64,000 bases of DNA from the NCBI GenBank assembly GCA_030635055.1, contig DAOVZN010000003.1:4121-68120 (forward strand), written 5' to 3'. Below the pieces are notes generated by a model that ran no database searches, was not told the origin of the DNA, and was given only the letters and a program-made list of their open reading frames with translations. Position numbers and translations under genes: made by a program. Below, in pieces: positions 1 through 9,415 of the stretch; the stretch's first letter is position 1, and each line of letters begins with the position of its first letter. The DNA is from a bacterium (lineage in GTDB: Bacteria; Patescibacteriota; Minisyncoccia; Minisyncoccales; JAGLPU01).

Positions 1-2
1 CA

Positions 3-626
3 GGCGGAATAAACATGAAAAAGAAACGCATTTCCCAAAATGATTTGGACAACGCGCAAAAGGTTTTAACTGAGAAACTGCTAGAAGAAGTTGAATCCAG
101 CTTAAGAAATAATATTTCTTCTGAGTTCATTTTATTAAAAGACGCTCTTACAAAAGAGATCACTGATAAATCTTCTCTGGCCGCTGCAGGCGCAGAGGTA
201 GAATCTTTTATTTATGAAGCAGAGGCAATGGCTTCGGCATTGATATTCAAAAAGACCGACATAGAGCGGTTTGCTCAAGAACATATTCTTTCTCAAATTC
301 CAAGCATTGAAAACAATGAAATCTTTTTGAAAGAGAAAAAACTGTTGCCCGAAAGTTTGACAATAAGCTATCAAGTTGAATCAATTGACTTGGAAAACGG
401 TCAAATTATCTTAAATCTGGAATTTTCAGGAAAGGTTTATTCTGATGTTGATGAGGTAGTTCTTAAGCGGTCTTTTAGTAGAAAAAGCTTGCTTGAGATC
501 AATACTTTTTTAGAAAATCAGCCGCAAATTATTAGATCAGAAACCAAATTCTGGCCTTTTTGGATCGGAAAAGCGCCTGACGAGCCAAAAAAGATCAAAA
601 TAGAATTAGAACTTGGGGTTGACTAA
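3..626 (+). CDS. 5'-truncated protein, C-terminal part resembling CPR baseplate J/gp47-like proteins
   Basis: Frame is open from the window edge (GGINMKKKRISQNDLDNA...) and ends in a 'FWPFWIGKAP..KIKI' tail recalled from this CPR family; lies upstream of infA. Confidence 0.45.
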   Translation, partial: GGINMKKKRISQNDLDNAQKVLTEKLLEEVESSLRNNISSEFILLKDALTKEITDKSSLAAAGAEVESFIYEAEAMASALIFKKTDIERFAQEHILSQIPSIENNEIFLKEKKLLPESLTISYQVESIDLENGQIILNLEFSGKVYSDVDEVVLKRSFSRKSLLEINTFLENQPQIIRSETKFWPFWIGKAPDEPKKIKIELELGVD

Positions 627-658
627 TTTAATTAAATTTGTTAGCTTAAATACGCTAG

Positions 659-919
659 ATGAGAAAAAACAAAGATAAAAAAAAGAAACAAAATAATGTT
701 CCTCCGGTTGAACCGGCTGAAAGGAAAGAAGGAGTAGTATTAGAGGCTTTACCTGGCGCTCATTTTAAGGTAAAATTAGAAACCGGAGAGGAATTAATGG
801 CTCATCTTGCCGGGAAACTAAGACTTTATAGAATTAAAATTTTGCCAGGGGACAAGGTAACACTAGAATTAAGCCCTTATGATATTGGTAAGGGAAGAAT
901 TGTATATCGGAAAAAATAG
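659..919 (+). CDS. infA: translation initiation factor IF-1
   Basis: [15 protein letters not shown]...[33 protein letters not shown]. Confidence 0.97.
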   Translation: MRKNKDKKKKQNNVPPVEPAERKEGVVLEALPGAHFKVKLETGEELMAHLAGKLRLYRIKILPGDKVTLELSPYDIGKGRIVYRKK

Positions 920-952
920 TTTCTATTGACGATAAGGTTTATATATATTATT

Positions 953-1069
953 ATGAAAGTGCAAGCATCTGTTAAAAAAATTTGTCGAGATTGTAAAAGC
1001 GTCCGCAGAAAAGGACGAGTTTATATAATTTGTAAAAAAAATCCAAAACACAAACAAAGACAAGGATAA
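953..1069 (+). CDS. rpmJ: 50S ribosomal protein L36 (not in ORF track)
   Basis: Manual translation [38 protein letters not shown], between infA and rpsM. Confidence 0.97.
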   Translation: MKVQASVKKICRDCKSVRRKGRVYIICKKNPKHKQRQG

Positions 1070-1127
1070 AGGTTGTTCTTAAACAGCCTGAAATAAAATC
1101 AAATTGTTTTGATTGTGAATTTTAATT

Positions 1128-1517
1128 ATGCCACGTATCGCAGGAGTCAACATACCTGATAACAAACGAATAGAAATTGCTTTAACCTATATCTTCGGAG
1201 TAGGTTGTACTTCAAGCAAGAAAATTTTAGCTGAAGCAAAAATAGATCCTAATGTTCGAGCAATAAAACTGACCTCTGAAGAAATCAACCGATTGAAAGA
1301 AATAATCGTTAAAAATAATACAATTGAGGGAGAACTTAAAAAAGACAGAATGATGGCGGTTAAAAGATTAAAAGACATTAGTTGCTGGAAAGGAATGCGT
1401 CATGCAAAAAAGCTGCCGGTAAGAGGGCAAAGAACTAAAACTAACAGCAGGACTGTGAGAGGGAATATCAGGAGAACGGTAGGCTCAGGCAGAAAAGGCG
1501 CTCCAGCCCCTAAATAA
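1128..1517 (+). CDS. rpsM: 30S ribosomal protein S13
   Basis: MPRIAGVNIP..KRIEIALTYIFGVG; LPVRGQRTKTNSRT. Confidence 0.98.
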   Translation: MPRIAGVNIPDNKRIEIALTYIFGVGCTSSKKILAEAKIDPNVRAIKLTSEEINRLKEIIVKNNTIEGELKKDRMMAVKRLKDISCWKGMRHAKKLPVRGQRTKTNSRTVRGNIRRTVGSGRKGAPAPK

Positions 1518-1535
1518 AATTAATATTACACCAAT

Positions 1536-1988
1536 ATGGGCAAGAAACGTATAATAGCAAAAAGCGAAGAAGAGCTTATAAAGGAGAGAGATGCAGTCGA
1601 TAATATTGTTAAGAAAGACAAGCAAACTAAAGCTAAAATAAGGACTCAAAACGGAAGAGTCTATATTGCTTCTTCTTATAACAATACTCTAATTACCTTA
1701 ACGGATGTTCAGGGAAATGTTTTAGCTTGGAGCAGCGCCGGAACCATTGGATTCAAAGGATCTAAGAAAGCTACTCCTTTCGCCGCTTCCAAGGTGGTTG
1801 AAACTGTGGCTAAAGTTGCCGAGAAAATAGGAATAAAAGAGGTTCATGTATTAGTAAAAGGAATAGGCGGAGGCCGGGAATCAGCCATAAGATCATTAGC
1901 TGCCAAAGGCTTGCAAATTATGTCTATTGAGGATGTCACTCCGATCCCTCATAACGGATGTAGGCCGAAAAAACCAAGAAGAGTATAA
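1536..1988 (+). CDS. rpsK: 30S ribosomal protein S11
   Basis: [13 protein letters not shown]...[30 protein letters not shown]. Confidence 0.98.
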   Translation: MGKKRIIAKSEEELIKERDAVDNIVKKDKQTKAKIRTQNGRVYIASSYNNTLITLTDVQGNVLAWSSAGTIGFKGSKKATPFAASKVVETVAKVAEKIGIKEVHVLVKGIGGGRESAIRSLAAKGLQIMSIEDVTPIPHNGCRPKKPRRV

Positions 1989-1992
1989 AATT

Positions 1993-2622
1993 ATGCAAAG
2001 TAATAAATGTAAAATTTGTCGCAGGTTAGGAACTAAACTCTTTTTAAAGGGGGATCGTTGTTTGACGCCTAAATGCGCCATGATAAAAAAACCATATAAA
2101 CCGGGAGAACCAAGCAAAAAAAGAGGTCGCAACATTTCTGAATACGGGAAAGAATTGGCAGAAAAACAAAAACTTAAAAATTGGTATAATTTAAGCGAAA
2201 AACAGTTTTCTAATTATGTAAAAGCTGTTTTAGCTAAAAAGGGCAAATCAAAAAATCCGGTTTTGGTATTGATCCAAAAACTGGAAGGCCGTTTTGATAA
2301 TGTGATCTTCCGCTTAGGATTTGCCTCTTCCCGCACGAAAGCGCGCCAATTGATTTCCCATTATCATTTTTACGTCAATGGAAAAAGAATGAATATTCCT
2401 TCTTGTCAAATAGTAAAAGGCGACAAGATCAGCATCAACCCTTCGTCTATGAAAAAAACAGTCATGATAGAACTGGCAAAAAATATAAAAAAATACGAAA
2501 CTCCTGCTTGGCTTAGACTTGATAAAGAAAAAGTGGAAGCTGAGATGATCGGTCAGGCTTCAATGGAAGAAGCTCTTCCTCCTTCTGAAGTATCAACAAT
2601 TTTTGAATTTTATTCACGATAA
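1993..2622 (+). CDS. rpsD: 30S ribosomal protein S4
   Basis: CKICRRLGTKLFLKGDRC; SEYG.ELAEKQK; LEGRFDNVIFRLGFA; EFYSR; start moved to ATG 1993. Confidence 0.97.
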   Translation: MQSNKCKICRRLGTKLFLKGDRCLTPKCAMIKKPYKPGEPSKKRGRNISEYGKELAEKQKLKNWYNLSEKQFSNYVKAVLAKKGKSKNPVLVLIQKLEGRFDNVIFRLGFASSRTKARQLISHYHFYVNGKRMNIPSCQIVKGDKISINPSSMKKTVMIELAKNIKKYETPAWLRLDKEKVEAEMIGQASMEEALPPSEVSTIFEFYSR

Positions 2623-2676
2623 AATTAAAAGGTTGAAGCGCCAGCTAATTTATTCTGTTGCTTCCAACTTAATATT

Positions 2677-3603
2677 ATGATTCCTTTACCTCTTATCCCA
2701 AAAATAACAGAACAAAAAGACAACCAGGCCACTTTTGAAATTGAAGCCCTGTATCCTGGTTATGGAACAACAATCGGCAATAGCTTGCGTCGAGTTTTGC
2801 TTTCTTCTTTATTGGGAGCGGCAGTGACCGAAGTAAAAATCAAAGGTGTTCAACACGAATTTTCCACAATTCCGGGAGTTTTAGAGGATATGGTTTCCGT
2901 TTTAATGAATCTAAAACAACTAAGATTCAAAATCCACGGTGACGAACCGCAAAAAGCTCAACTATTAATAAAGGGAGAAAAAGAAATAAAAGGTTCAGAT
3001 TTTAAATTGCCAAGCCAAATAGAGCTGATAAATAAAGACGCTCATATTCTTGCGATAACCGACAAAAAGACAGAAATAGATATGGAAATTGTGGTTGAAA
3101 AAGGAATAGGTTACGAATTGGTGGAAAGAAGAAAAAAAGATAAGCTGAAAGTGGGAGTAATCGCTTTAGACGCTATTTTTACTCCAGTTAGGAAAATAAG
3201 CTACAAAGTTGAAAATATGAGAGTGGGAGACAGGATTGACTTTGACCGTTTGATATTAACAATTGAAACTGACGGAACAATTACTCCGACAGAAGCCTTT
3301 GTGCAAGCATCTGAAACCTTAAAAGCAAACTATTCCTTGTTTGCCGACACATTCAAGAAAATTAAAACAGAAAAGAAAACAGAGAAAAAAGCCAAAGAAA
3401 AAAAAGAAACATCAAAAGACGGTTTGGAAGATTTGAAACTCTCCGGAAGAACTTTGAACGCTTTAGTTAACGGCGGCATTAAAACTGCCGAGGCAATAGC
3501 TGAAAAAGAAGAAAAAGAGATTTTAGAATTGGAAGGAATGGGCAAAAAAGGAGTTGAGGAGATAAAGAAAGCTTTAAAAAAAATAGGATTAAGCCTGAAA
3601 TAA
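2677..3603 (+). CDS. rpoA: RNA polymerase subunit alpha
   Basis: GYGTTIGNSLRRVLLSSL; HEFSTIPGVLED; DAIFTPVRKISYKVENMRVG; alpha-CTD LSGRTLNAL. Confidence 0.98.
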   Translation: MIPLPLIPKITEQKDNQATFEIEALYPGYGTTIGNSLRRVLLSSLLGAAVTEVKIKGVQHEFSTIPGVLEDMVSVLMNLKQLRFKIHGDEPQKAQLLIKGEKEIKGSDFKLPSQIELINKDAHILAITDKKTEIDMEIVVEKGIGYELVERRKKDKLKVGVIALDAIFTPVRKISYKVENMRVGDRIDFDRLILTIETDGTITPTEAFVQASETLKANYSLFADTFKKIKTEKKTEKKAKEKKETSKDGLEDLKLSGRTLNALVNGGIKTAEAIAEKEEKEILELEGMGKKGVEEIKKALKKIGLSLK

Positions 3604-3609
3604 ACGAAT

Positions 3610-3969
3610 ATGCGTAAACGAACCAAGGGCAAAAAATTTAATAGAAAAAGAGACCAAAGAAAAGCTTTTTTCAAAGCGTTGCTTCGAGGTTTAGCTTTGC
3701 ACGGCAAGATCAAAACTACTGAAAGCCGGGCAAAAGAAATCAGGCCTTTAATGGAAAAGTTCATAACTATTGCGAACAAAAAGGATGGAAACGATTTAGC
3801 TAAGCGCAGAATGCTGGCCCGTTCTTTTTCTCCGGAATTAGTGAAAAAAATAATGGCTGAAATAGCCCCGAAATACAAAGAAGGAAACGGGGGATACACC
3901 AGAATAACCAAACTGGGCCAAAGAACATCAGACGGAGCAAGAATGGCAATAATAGAATTAATCAACTAA
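3610..3969 (+). CDS. rplQ: 50S ribosomal protein L17
   Basis: IKTTESRAKEIRPLMEKFIT; GGYTRITKLGQR.SDGARMAIIEL. Confidence 0.97.
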   Translation: MRKRTKGKKFNRKRDQRKAFFKALLRGLALHGKIKTTESRAKEIRPLMEKFITIANKKDGNDLAKRRMLARSFSPELVKKIMAEIAPKYKEGNGGYTRITKLGQRTSDGARMAIIELIN

Positions 3970-3970
3970 T

Positions 3971-4318
3971 ATGGAACGAAAAACACACACAATTGACGCT
4001 TCAGGCAAGATTTTAGGCAGGCTGGCAGTAGACGCCACAAACATACTGCGGGGAAAGAACAGACCCGACTATGTTCCTAATCAGGATATTGGCGATTTTG
4101 TTATTATAAAAAATGTTTCCCAAATGAAATTCAGCGGGAAGAAAGCTGAACAAAAGATTTACTATCATCACTCAGGATATCTTGGCGGAATGAAAAAGAC
4201 TCCGTTAGAAAGACTTTTCAAAAAAAATCCAAAGGAAGTTTTAAAAAAAGCTGTTTACGGGATGTTACAGAAAAACAAACTGCGCGATGAACAAATAAAA
4301 CGTTTAAAATTTGAATAA
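3971..4318 (+). CDS. rplM: 50S ribosomal protein L13
   Basis: IDASGKILGRLA...LRGKNRPDYVPNQDIGDFV; YYHHSGYLGGMK. Confidence 0.97.
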   Translation: MERKTHTIDASGKILGRLAVDATNILRGKNRPDYVPNQDIGDFVIIKNVSQMKFSGKKAEQKIYYHHSGYLGGMKKTPLERLFKKNPKEVLKKAVYGMLQKNKLRDEQIKRLKFE

Positions 4319-4848
4319 TGGAAAACAAAAAAACCACAACTAAAACAAAAAAGGCAACACCTAAGAAAGAAGTTGAAGAAACAATAGTTGAAGCTGTTGA
4401 GAAGGAAGAAGAAAATATTGAAGAAGAAAGCACGGAATTGGGACTGTCTGATAAGTCAAAAAAGTATATTGAAGCAATCGGCAGGAGAAAAACAGCAACG
4501 GCCAGAGTAAGAATTTGGACCAAAGGGGACAAGGAAATATTGATCAATGACAAACCCTATAAATCATACTTTAGCGTTCCTGAACTGCAGCAGACTATCA
4601 CGGCTTCTTTGGAAAAGATGAAGTGTGTAGATAAATTTAGAGTTTCAATCAAGGTAAAAGGAGGAGGAATCTTTTCTCAAGCAGAAGCGGTCAGACACGC
4701 TATTGCCAGAGCTTTAGTTAAGTTCAATCCGGAGTTTCGTAAAAGGCTTAAAAAGGCCGGGCATTTGACCAGAGACCCTCGGATGAGGGAAAGGAAGAAA
4801 TTCGGCCTCAAAAGAGCTCGTAGAGCCCCACAATGGAAGAAGAGATAG
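4318..4848 (+). CDS. rpsI: 30S ribosomal protein S9 with charged N-terminal extension
   Basis: GRRKTATARVRI; VKGGG..SQAEAVRHAIARAL; LTRDPRMRERKKFGLKRARRAPQWKKR. Confidence 0.98.
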   Translation: MENKKTTTKTKKATPKKEVEETIVEAVEKEEENIEEESTELGLSDKSKKYIEAIGRRKTATARVRIWTKGDKEILINDKPYKSYFSVPELQQTITASLEKMKCVDKFRVSIKVKGGGIFSQAEAVRHAIARALVKFNPEFRKRLKKAGHLTRDPRMRERKKFGLKRARRAPQWKKR

Positions 4849-4850
4849 AG

Positions 4851-4876
4851 AAAGAGCAGCCGCTAGGCTGCTTTTT
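4851..4876. terminator. bidirectional intrinsic terminator after rpsI
   Basis: AAAG-AGCAGCC-GCTA-GGCTGCT-TTTT hairpin with A and T tails. Confidence 0.75.
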
Positions 4877-5399
4877 GTTTTATAAAAAAAGAACAGCCTT
4901 GTGGCTGCTTTTCTAGATGTTCAATTACTTCAGAGGTTCTTCTTTTATCAAGATGGTAGAAATTTATACCACCTTCCGAATATATTATATCTTTGACTTT
5001 TTTCCTGTATGTTCTGACAGCTGCAATGCTGGAATAATTTCCAACTTCTTTGATCGCCTCCAAAAGATCATTTCTTGTTCTCATCGTGTCTGCTGACATA
5101 ACGATATCGTCCCACAAAATCATTTTTTCAAAAAAGCTGACATCTTTTTTCCGTGGGTTTCTAGTTATAATGTCTATAAAAGACCCTGTTATGTATAGCT
5201 TTTGTTTTATTTTTCCGGTCTTTTCTAACATCAACAATTTTTTTATCAGCAAGAATTTGTTCGTTCCCAGTAACTCTCTCTTCAGATTTATAACTGTACA
5301 TGCAGCTAAATCATTTGGCGCATTCAATATCTTTGCAACGACATCTTCTAAATTTTCCATATCTTCAATCTCTTCCAATTTCTCCATAATATTTTCCAC
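4863..5399 (-). CDS. orphan alpha-helical protein (cassette A)
   Basis: 178-aa ORF with GTG start; preceded by AAGGTGA SD, boxA-like AGTTCATTAAAA (5418-5429) and TTGACA-16-TATAAG. Confidence 0.75.
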   Translation of the reverse strand: MENIMEKLEEIEDMENLEDVVAKILNAPNDLAACTVINLKRELLGTNKFLLIKKLLMLEKTGKIKQKLYITGSFIDIITRNPRKKDVSFFEKMILWDDIVMSADTMRTRNDLLEAIKEVGNYSSIAAVRTYRKKVKDIIYSEGGINFYHLDKRRTSEVIEHLEKQPQGCSFFIKQKAA

Positions 5400-5471
5400 A
5401 GTATCACCTTTTTCTTATTTTAATGAACTAATCATCATCTCTTCTTATAACACACCCAGATAGTTTGTCAA
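5400..5471 (-). promoter_or_regulatory. sigma70 promoter + boxA-like + SD for cassette A
   Basis: Minus strand: TTGACA (5471-5466), TG-n-TATAAG (5449-5444), AGTTCATTAAAA, AAGGTGATACT-GTG. Confidence 0.7.
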
Positions 5472-5476
5472 GGAAA

Positions 5477-6856
5477 TTACTCTATAATTTCTTCTGACTG
5501 ATAAAGAATGCCTTTACTGAGAATATACAATTTTTTGTCATTGGAATTAAAAAGGAATTTCAATTCTTGAAATTTAGCCAAGTCATAGATATTTATCTTG
5601 TCCCTGTCATCAATCTCAGTCACTTTTATATTATCTCCATTATTAAATATTAGATAATGGGAATTAAGCCAGAAAACCTGGCCAATCTTTTCGGAAAAAC
5701 GGGTTAGAAATAGGGATGTTCCTTTTTGTCTAACCGGCTGTTCTTGAATATCCTCCAAGAAAAAAACCCAAAGTTCATGATTTTTTGCATAAACGATCTT
5801 TTTATTGTCAGGAGACAGCTTTAGAAAGTTTACTGATTTTGCCAGTTCAACAAAAGATTTCGAAAAAAAATCAAAATAATAAGTAGTTTCTCCTTCTTCT
5901 AAGAAAATATTATTGTTCAAAATTTCCAAGCTGCGCCCAGTCTCTGTTTCTAAAATAAAAGGAATGCTTGATAATTTCTTTTGAGTATTTAAAGTCAAAT
6001 CGCTGCTAAATAAATGTCCTGTTTGGTCAAAATAATAAATATTTTTGCCTGAAGTTTGATAAATTAATATTTCTTCCGACAACAATGATGTTTGCCGAGT
6101 GGTTAAATCAGCTTGACATAATTTTTCTTTTTCAAGAAAAAACACTTTCAAGGAATTCTGCGGATTAAAAGATACTGCTTCTGCTGTCGGCGGCAAAAAA
6201 TCAAGAGAAATTAAGCTAGTGGTTGGCCTGTTCAGGTCTATAATAAAATGTTTTATCTGTTCTTTCAGACCCAGTTTAAGCAAAATTCTCTTAGAATCAG
6301 GGGACAGCTCTAAATCAAGCAGTTCTGATTCATATCTTGAAATTTCTTCTTCTTTCACTAAATGGCTTTTGACTTCCTTGCCCAGATCAAAAAGCTTCAG
6401 GCTCCAGCCCTGCTCACCGTTTTCTTTTGAGACTATTTTTTTATTATTTGGCAGCAGCCAAATATCTTCAGCGCCCTGGAATAAAACATTAAACTCCGGA
6501 TTTTCAGGAATCAGAGTAATATTTTTAGCTTCAATCACTTGTTGTTTTTCTATGGTCAAATTCTTTTCCCAATTAAAGTAACCGTCCTTTTTAACTTCTA
6601 GCCTATATTCCCGAGGCAAAAGGTTTTGGATTAGTACTGAATTTAAAAGAAAATTAGTCTTTTTAACCATTTTTTGGTCTACGCAAACTTTAACAGAAGA
6701 AGGAGATATGTTCAGAAAAAGCCCTCCTACTTGAACAATCTTTTTATTCTCAAAGTCGTAACGATATCCTTGAGAATAAAAAACCGCTAGGGGAGCCGCC
6801 AGAAGAAATAATAGAATCAAAGCGGAAAATAGAATAATTTTAGTTTTTCTATTCAT
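5477..6856 (-). CDS. membrane-anchored PEGA-domain / beta-propeller protein
   Basis: N-terminal TM, 'YSQGYRYD...VGGLFL', 'NLLPREYRLEVKKDGYFNWEK' PEGA-like segment, repeated SPD.K motifs. Confidence 0.75.
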   Translation of the reverse strand: MNRKTKIILFSALILLFLLAAPLAVFYSQGYRYDFENKKIVQVGGLFLNISPSSVKVCVDQKMVKKTNFLLNSVLIQNLLPREYRLEVKKDGYFNWEKNLTIEKQQVIEAKNITLIPENPEFNVLFQGAEDIWLLPNNKKIVSKENGEQGWSLKLFDLGKEVKSHLVKEEEISRYESELLDLELSPDSKRILLKLGLKEQIKHFIIDLNRPTTSLISLDFLPPTAEAVSFNPQNSLKVFFLEKEKLCQADLTTRQTSLLSEEILIYQTSGKNIYYFDQTGHLFSSDLTLNTQKKLSSIPFILETETGRSLEILNNNIFLEEGETTYYFDFFSKSFVELAKSVNFLKLSPDNKKIVYAKNHELWVFFLEDIQEQPVRQKGTSLFLTRFSEKIGQVFWLNSHYLIFNNGDNIKVTEIDDRDKINIYDLAKFQELKFLFNSNDKKLYILSKGILYQSEEIIE

Positions 6857-6899
6857 TACCTTATTATACTTATTACCGAACTTAAATCAATTCAAAAGC

Positions 6900-6973
6900 T
6901 TGACTGACCAGCGGATTTCTGTTCTAATTAAAAAATCAAATGTTCATTGATAATAAAATACGAGGTGGAAAAC
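6900..6973 (+). promoter_or_regulatory. promoter + boxA-like + SD for cassette B
   Basis: TTGACT (6900)-17-TG-n-TCTAAT (6923); TGTTCATTGATA (6941-6952); GAGGTGG then ATG 6974. Confidence 0.6.
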
Positions 6974-7930
6974 ATGAGTGAAGAAAAAAGCACTAGGCTG
7001 CAGAAGGGATATTGGTTTGACAATCCCTTTAAAATTGGACAAAAAAGAGCTGAAATATTCTCTGATTTGTATATAAACCGCACAAGGCTGACTTTGGAAA
7101 AAGACAATTTTCATCCTGAGGTTATTGTGGAATTCTATCTCAATCAGCCAAATGCTACTTATAGGATAGATGAAGCACTGGCTCTTCTCAGAATTGGAAC
7201 TGGTTTTTTTAAAGAAGATAAATTTGTTGATAGCTGGGGAAAGCTTATTGTTAAAGCTCTCTATAACGGAGAAAAAGCAAAAATTGGAGAACCAGTGATA
7301 ATTGTTGAAGGAGATTATCAACACTTTTGCCATTTAGTGCCGATCGCTCAAAAAATTTTAGCGGGACGCTTTGAAATAACCGAAGCCATAACCAGAGATG
7401 GCATACAACTCCCCATATATTATTGCCGTGACGATTTGAACAAAAAGTCACTGGAAGAAACAATAAGATGGGGAATAGTGCCTGAAGACCTTATTACTGT
7501 TTATGGAAGCGCGGCAATAGCGGCAAGCAAGTTTATTACATCGTCTAGTGTCAGCATAATCCCTGTTGTTTCTTTAGACAAAAACTGCATTAACGCCGCT
7601 TATAAGATCACTCGAATGACGGCGCAACAGCAATGGGGAGTCTGTTTCAAGAAAATGGATGAAATAGAAATTTCCGACCTGAATTTAATTAAAAAATTCA
7701 GGAAAAAATTGGACAAAAGTAGTTTTGGTTGGGTTAAAATAATGCTTTTGACAGGACTGTCGGGATTAAAAAATCCAAATGTTCTTAAAGCAATAAAAGC
7801 AAAACAATTCCCAATTGATGTCGTCGGTTTAACCGATTATTCTGCATCCTACGAATATAACTCAAGGATAGTCCCTATAAATGGAAAACCTAAATATATA
7901 GAAAACCCACGGTTAAAGATCGTTAAATAA
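6974..7930 (+). CDS. divergent nicotinate phosphoribosyltransferase-fold protein, catalytic motifs apparently lost (cassette B)
   Basis: SDLY..RTR..LE...HPEV; IDEALALL; ALYNGE...GEPVIIVEGDYQHF.HL; C-terminal INGKP...NPRL; GIVPE and WGVCFKK replace the usual GTxPH and GVRLD. Confidence 0.6.
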   Translation: MSEEKSTRLQKGYWFDNPFKIGQKRAEIFSDLYINRTRLTLEKDNFHPEVIVEFYLNQPNATYRIDEALALLRIGTGFFKEDKFVDSWGKLIVKALYNGEKAKIGEPVIIVEGDYQHFCHLVPIAQKILAGRFEITEAITRDGIQLPIYYCRDDLNKKSLEETIRWGIVPEDLITVYGSAAIAASKFITSSSVSIIPVVSLDKNCINAAYKITRMTAQQQWGVCFKKMDEIEISDLNLIKKFRKKLDKSSFGWVKIMLLTGLSGLKNPNVLKAIKAKQFPIDVVGLTDYSASYEYNSRIVPINGKPKYIENPRLKIVK

Positions 7931-7936
7931 AACACA

Positions 7937-7962
7937 CCAAGGCAATTGCCTTGGCTTTTTTT
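7937..7962 (+). terminator. intrinsic terminator; T-tail overlaps the next -35
   Basis: CCAAGGC-AATT-GCCTTGG-C-T-run. Confidence 0.8.
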
Positions 7963-8066
7963 GACAAATCAGGAAAAATATGTTTTAATTAGCGTAATGA
8001 ATAGAGATAAGCTGGAAACTTCAGCTTATCAGTGAAGCTCATTAAAAATCAAAGGTGATGAAGATG
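7961..8066 (+). repeat. 106-bp promoter/leader repeat, copy 1
   Basis: Matches 8728-8833 with one mismatch; contains TTGACA-17-TTTAAT, hairpin GATAAGCTG-GAAACTT-CAGCTTATC, boxA-like AGCTCATTAAAA and AAGGTGATGAAG-ATG. Confidence 0.95.
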
Positions 8067-8672
8067 AAAACAGATACTATTGCAAGAATGGAAAAAGCGA
8101 TTGCAACAAGAGAGCAAAAAGAGAAAGAATTAAAAGAGAATATAGTAGAACCAGATCAAAAAGCAAAAAAAATGCTACCGTATTTCCAAAAAGAATATGA
8201 TTGTATAAAGAAGTGCCGAGAGAAAGAGTTTCTGTCAGGTTTAGATACAGAAGTCTCTAGGTATTATAAAAATATAAATAGCGTGGTTCTTAAGACAAAA
8301 TACTGTTCTCTGCTCATAAAAATATTGTATGATGTGGGAGCAACGGCAGTGATAAACGGCGTATGCCGTCAAACAGAAGACTTGGCAAAGTCTTTCAGAA
8401 ACCAAGAGGCTTTCTTAGAAATAGTATATGCACACGGGTTTTTATTAATGGAATATAATCCGCCAGCAGCCAAAGATGTTTTTCTAAGAATGAGCGAAGT
8501 AGTCGGGGACATCAAGAAGGCTACTCCAAAAACCTTTCAGCTTATAGGGGATATTTCAAAAAATTTGGCAAAGATATTCTCTAAGGAGGGATCTGATCAA
8601 GCCAGAATGTACCTTAGGATAGCAGAGATATACCACAAGGAAGCCAAAATCCTAAGAACCCAGAAAAAGTAG
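8064..8672 (+). CDS. orphan helical (possibly TPR-like) protein (cassette C)
   Basis: ORF behind repeat copy 1; ATG 5 nt after GGTGA. Confidence 0.75.
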   Translation: MKTDTIARMEKAIATREQKEKELKENIVEPDQKAKKMLPYFQKEYDCIKKCREKEFLSGLDTEVSRYYKNINSVVLKTKYCSLLIKILYDVGATAVINGVCRQTEDLAKSFRNQEAFLEIVYAHGFLLMEYNPPAAKDVFLRMSEVVGDIKKATPKTFQLIGDISKNLAKIFSKEGSDQARMYLRIAEIYHKEAKILRTQKK

Positions 8673-8702
8673 CTTGTCATAAAGATAAAAGCATTTAGCT
8701 TG

Positions 8703-8729
8703 CGTCAAGAATTCTTGGCGTTTTTTTTT
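8703..8729 (+). terminator. intrinsic terminator of cassette C
   Basis: CGTCAAGA-AT-TCTTGGCG-T9. Confidence 0.75.
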
Positions 8730-8833
8730 GACAAATCAGGAAAAATATGTTTTAATTAGCGTAATGAATAGAGATAAGCTGGAAACTTCAGCTTATCAGT
8801 GAAGCTCATTTAAAATCAAAGGTGATGAAGATG
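8728..8833 (+). repeat. 106-bp promoter/leader repeat, copy 2
   Basis: Direct repeat of 7961-8066. Confidence 0.95.
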
Positions 8834-9397
8834 CAAGAAAAAATCAAAACGACAGTTGGAGTAGCAGTAGGAATTTTTAACAATAACGGAGAGTTATTGT
8901 TAAAAAGAAGAAAACAAATCCCGTCAATTACCAAAGAAAGTTACTACGGATGTTGGGAGCTTCCACTGATAGCTGTCCCAGAAACAAAGGAAAAGAAAAT
9001 ACCGTACAACTACTTGGGCTTAGTAGTGAAGAGAGAAATTAAAAAAAGATGGGGAATTGATATCTTTCTAGATCCAATACCGGCCCTTTATCCGACAATG
9101 TTCAAAACTCCGGCCGGAGACTATGATCTGGCGATGATCACTGTTGTCGAAGCAATGATAATGGAGCTGCCAGAATCCATTGAAATAAAATGGGTTTCTC
9201 CCTCTGATCTCAATCTGTTGGCAGTGAAATTTGTTCCCGCAAAAATGGATAAAGGTAAGATCATAAAAAACGGAGAAGGGCTGTTGAGCGGAAAGAAAAG
9301 GCAGTTTCATATGGCTTTGAAAGCGATCAAGGTCGGATCCCCTTTCCCAGAATACAGGAGAACAGCCAACGAATTTCTCATAAGAGAACAAATATAA
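8831..9397 (+). CDS. Nudix-fold protein with degenerate Nudix box (cassette D)
   Basis: VGVAVGIFNNNGELLLKRR...GCWELPLIAV...KREIKKRWGI...IKWVSPSDL; GG and catalytic Glu residues of the Nudix box absent. Confidence 0.6.
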   Translation: MQEKIKTTVGVAVGIFNNNGELLLKRRKQIPSITKESYYGCWELPLIAVPETKEKKIPYNYLGLVVKREIKKRWGIDIFLDPIPALYPTMFKTPAGDYDLAMITVVEAMIMELPESIEIKWVSPSDLNLLAVKFVPAKMDKGKIIKNGEGLLSGKKRQFHMALKAIKVGSPFPEYRRTANEFLIREQI

Positions 9398-9415
9398 TAA
9401 AAAGCAATTAGCTTG

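Noticed and set aside
3330..3965. Long antisense ORFs (3330-3965, 43920-44360, 23864-24316, 27907-28371 and similar)
   Set aside because: Shadow frames opposite better-supported genes, with no recognisable motifs.
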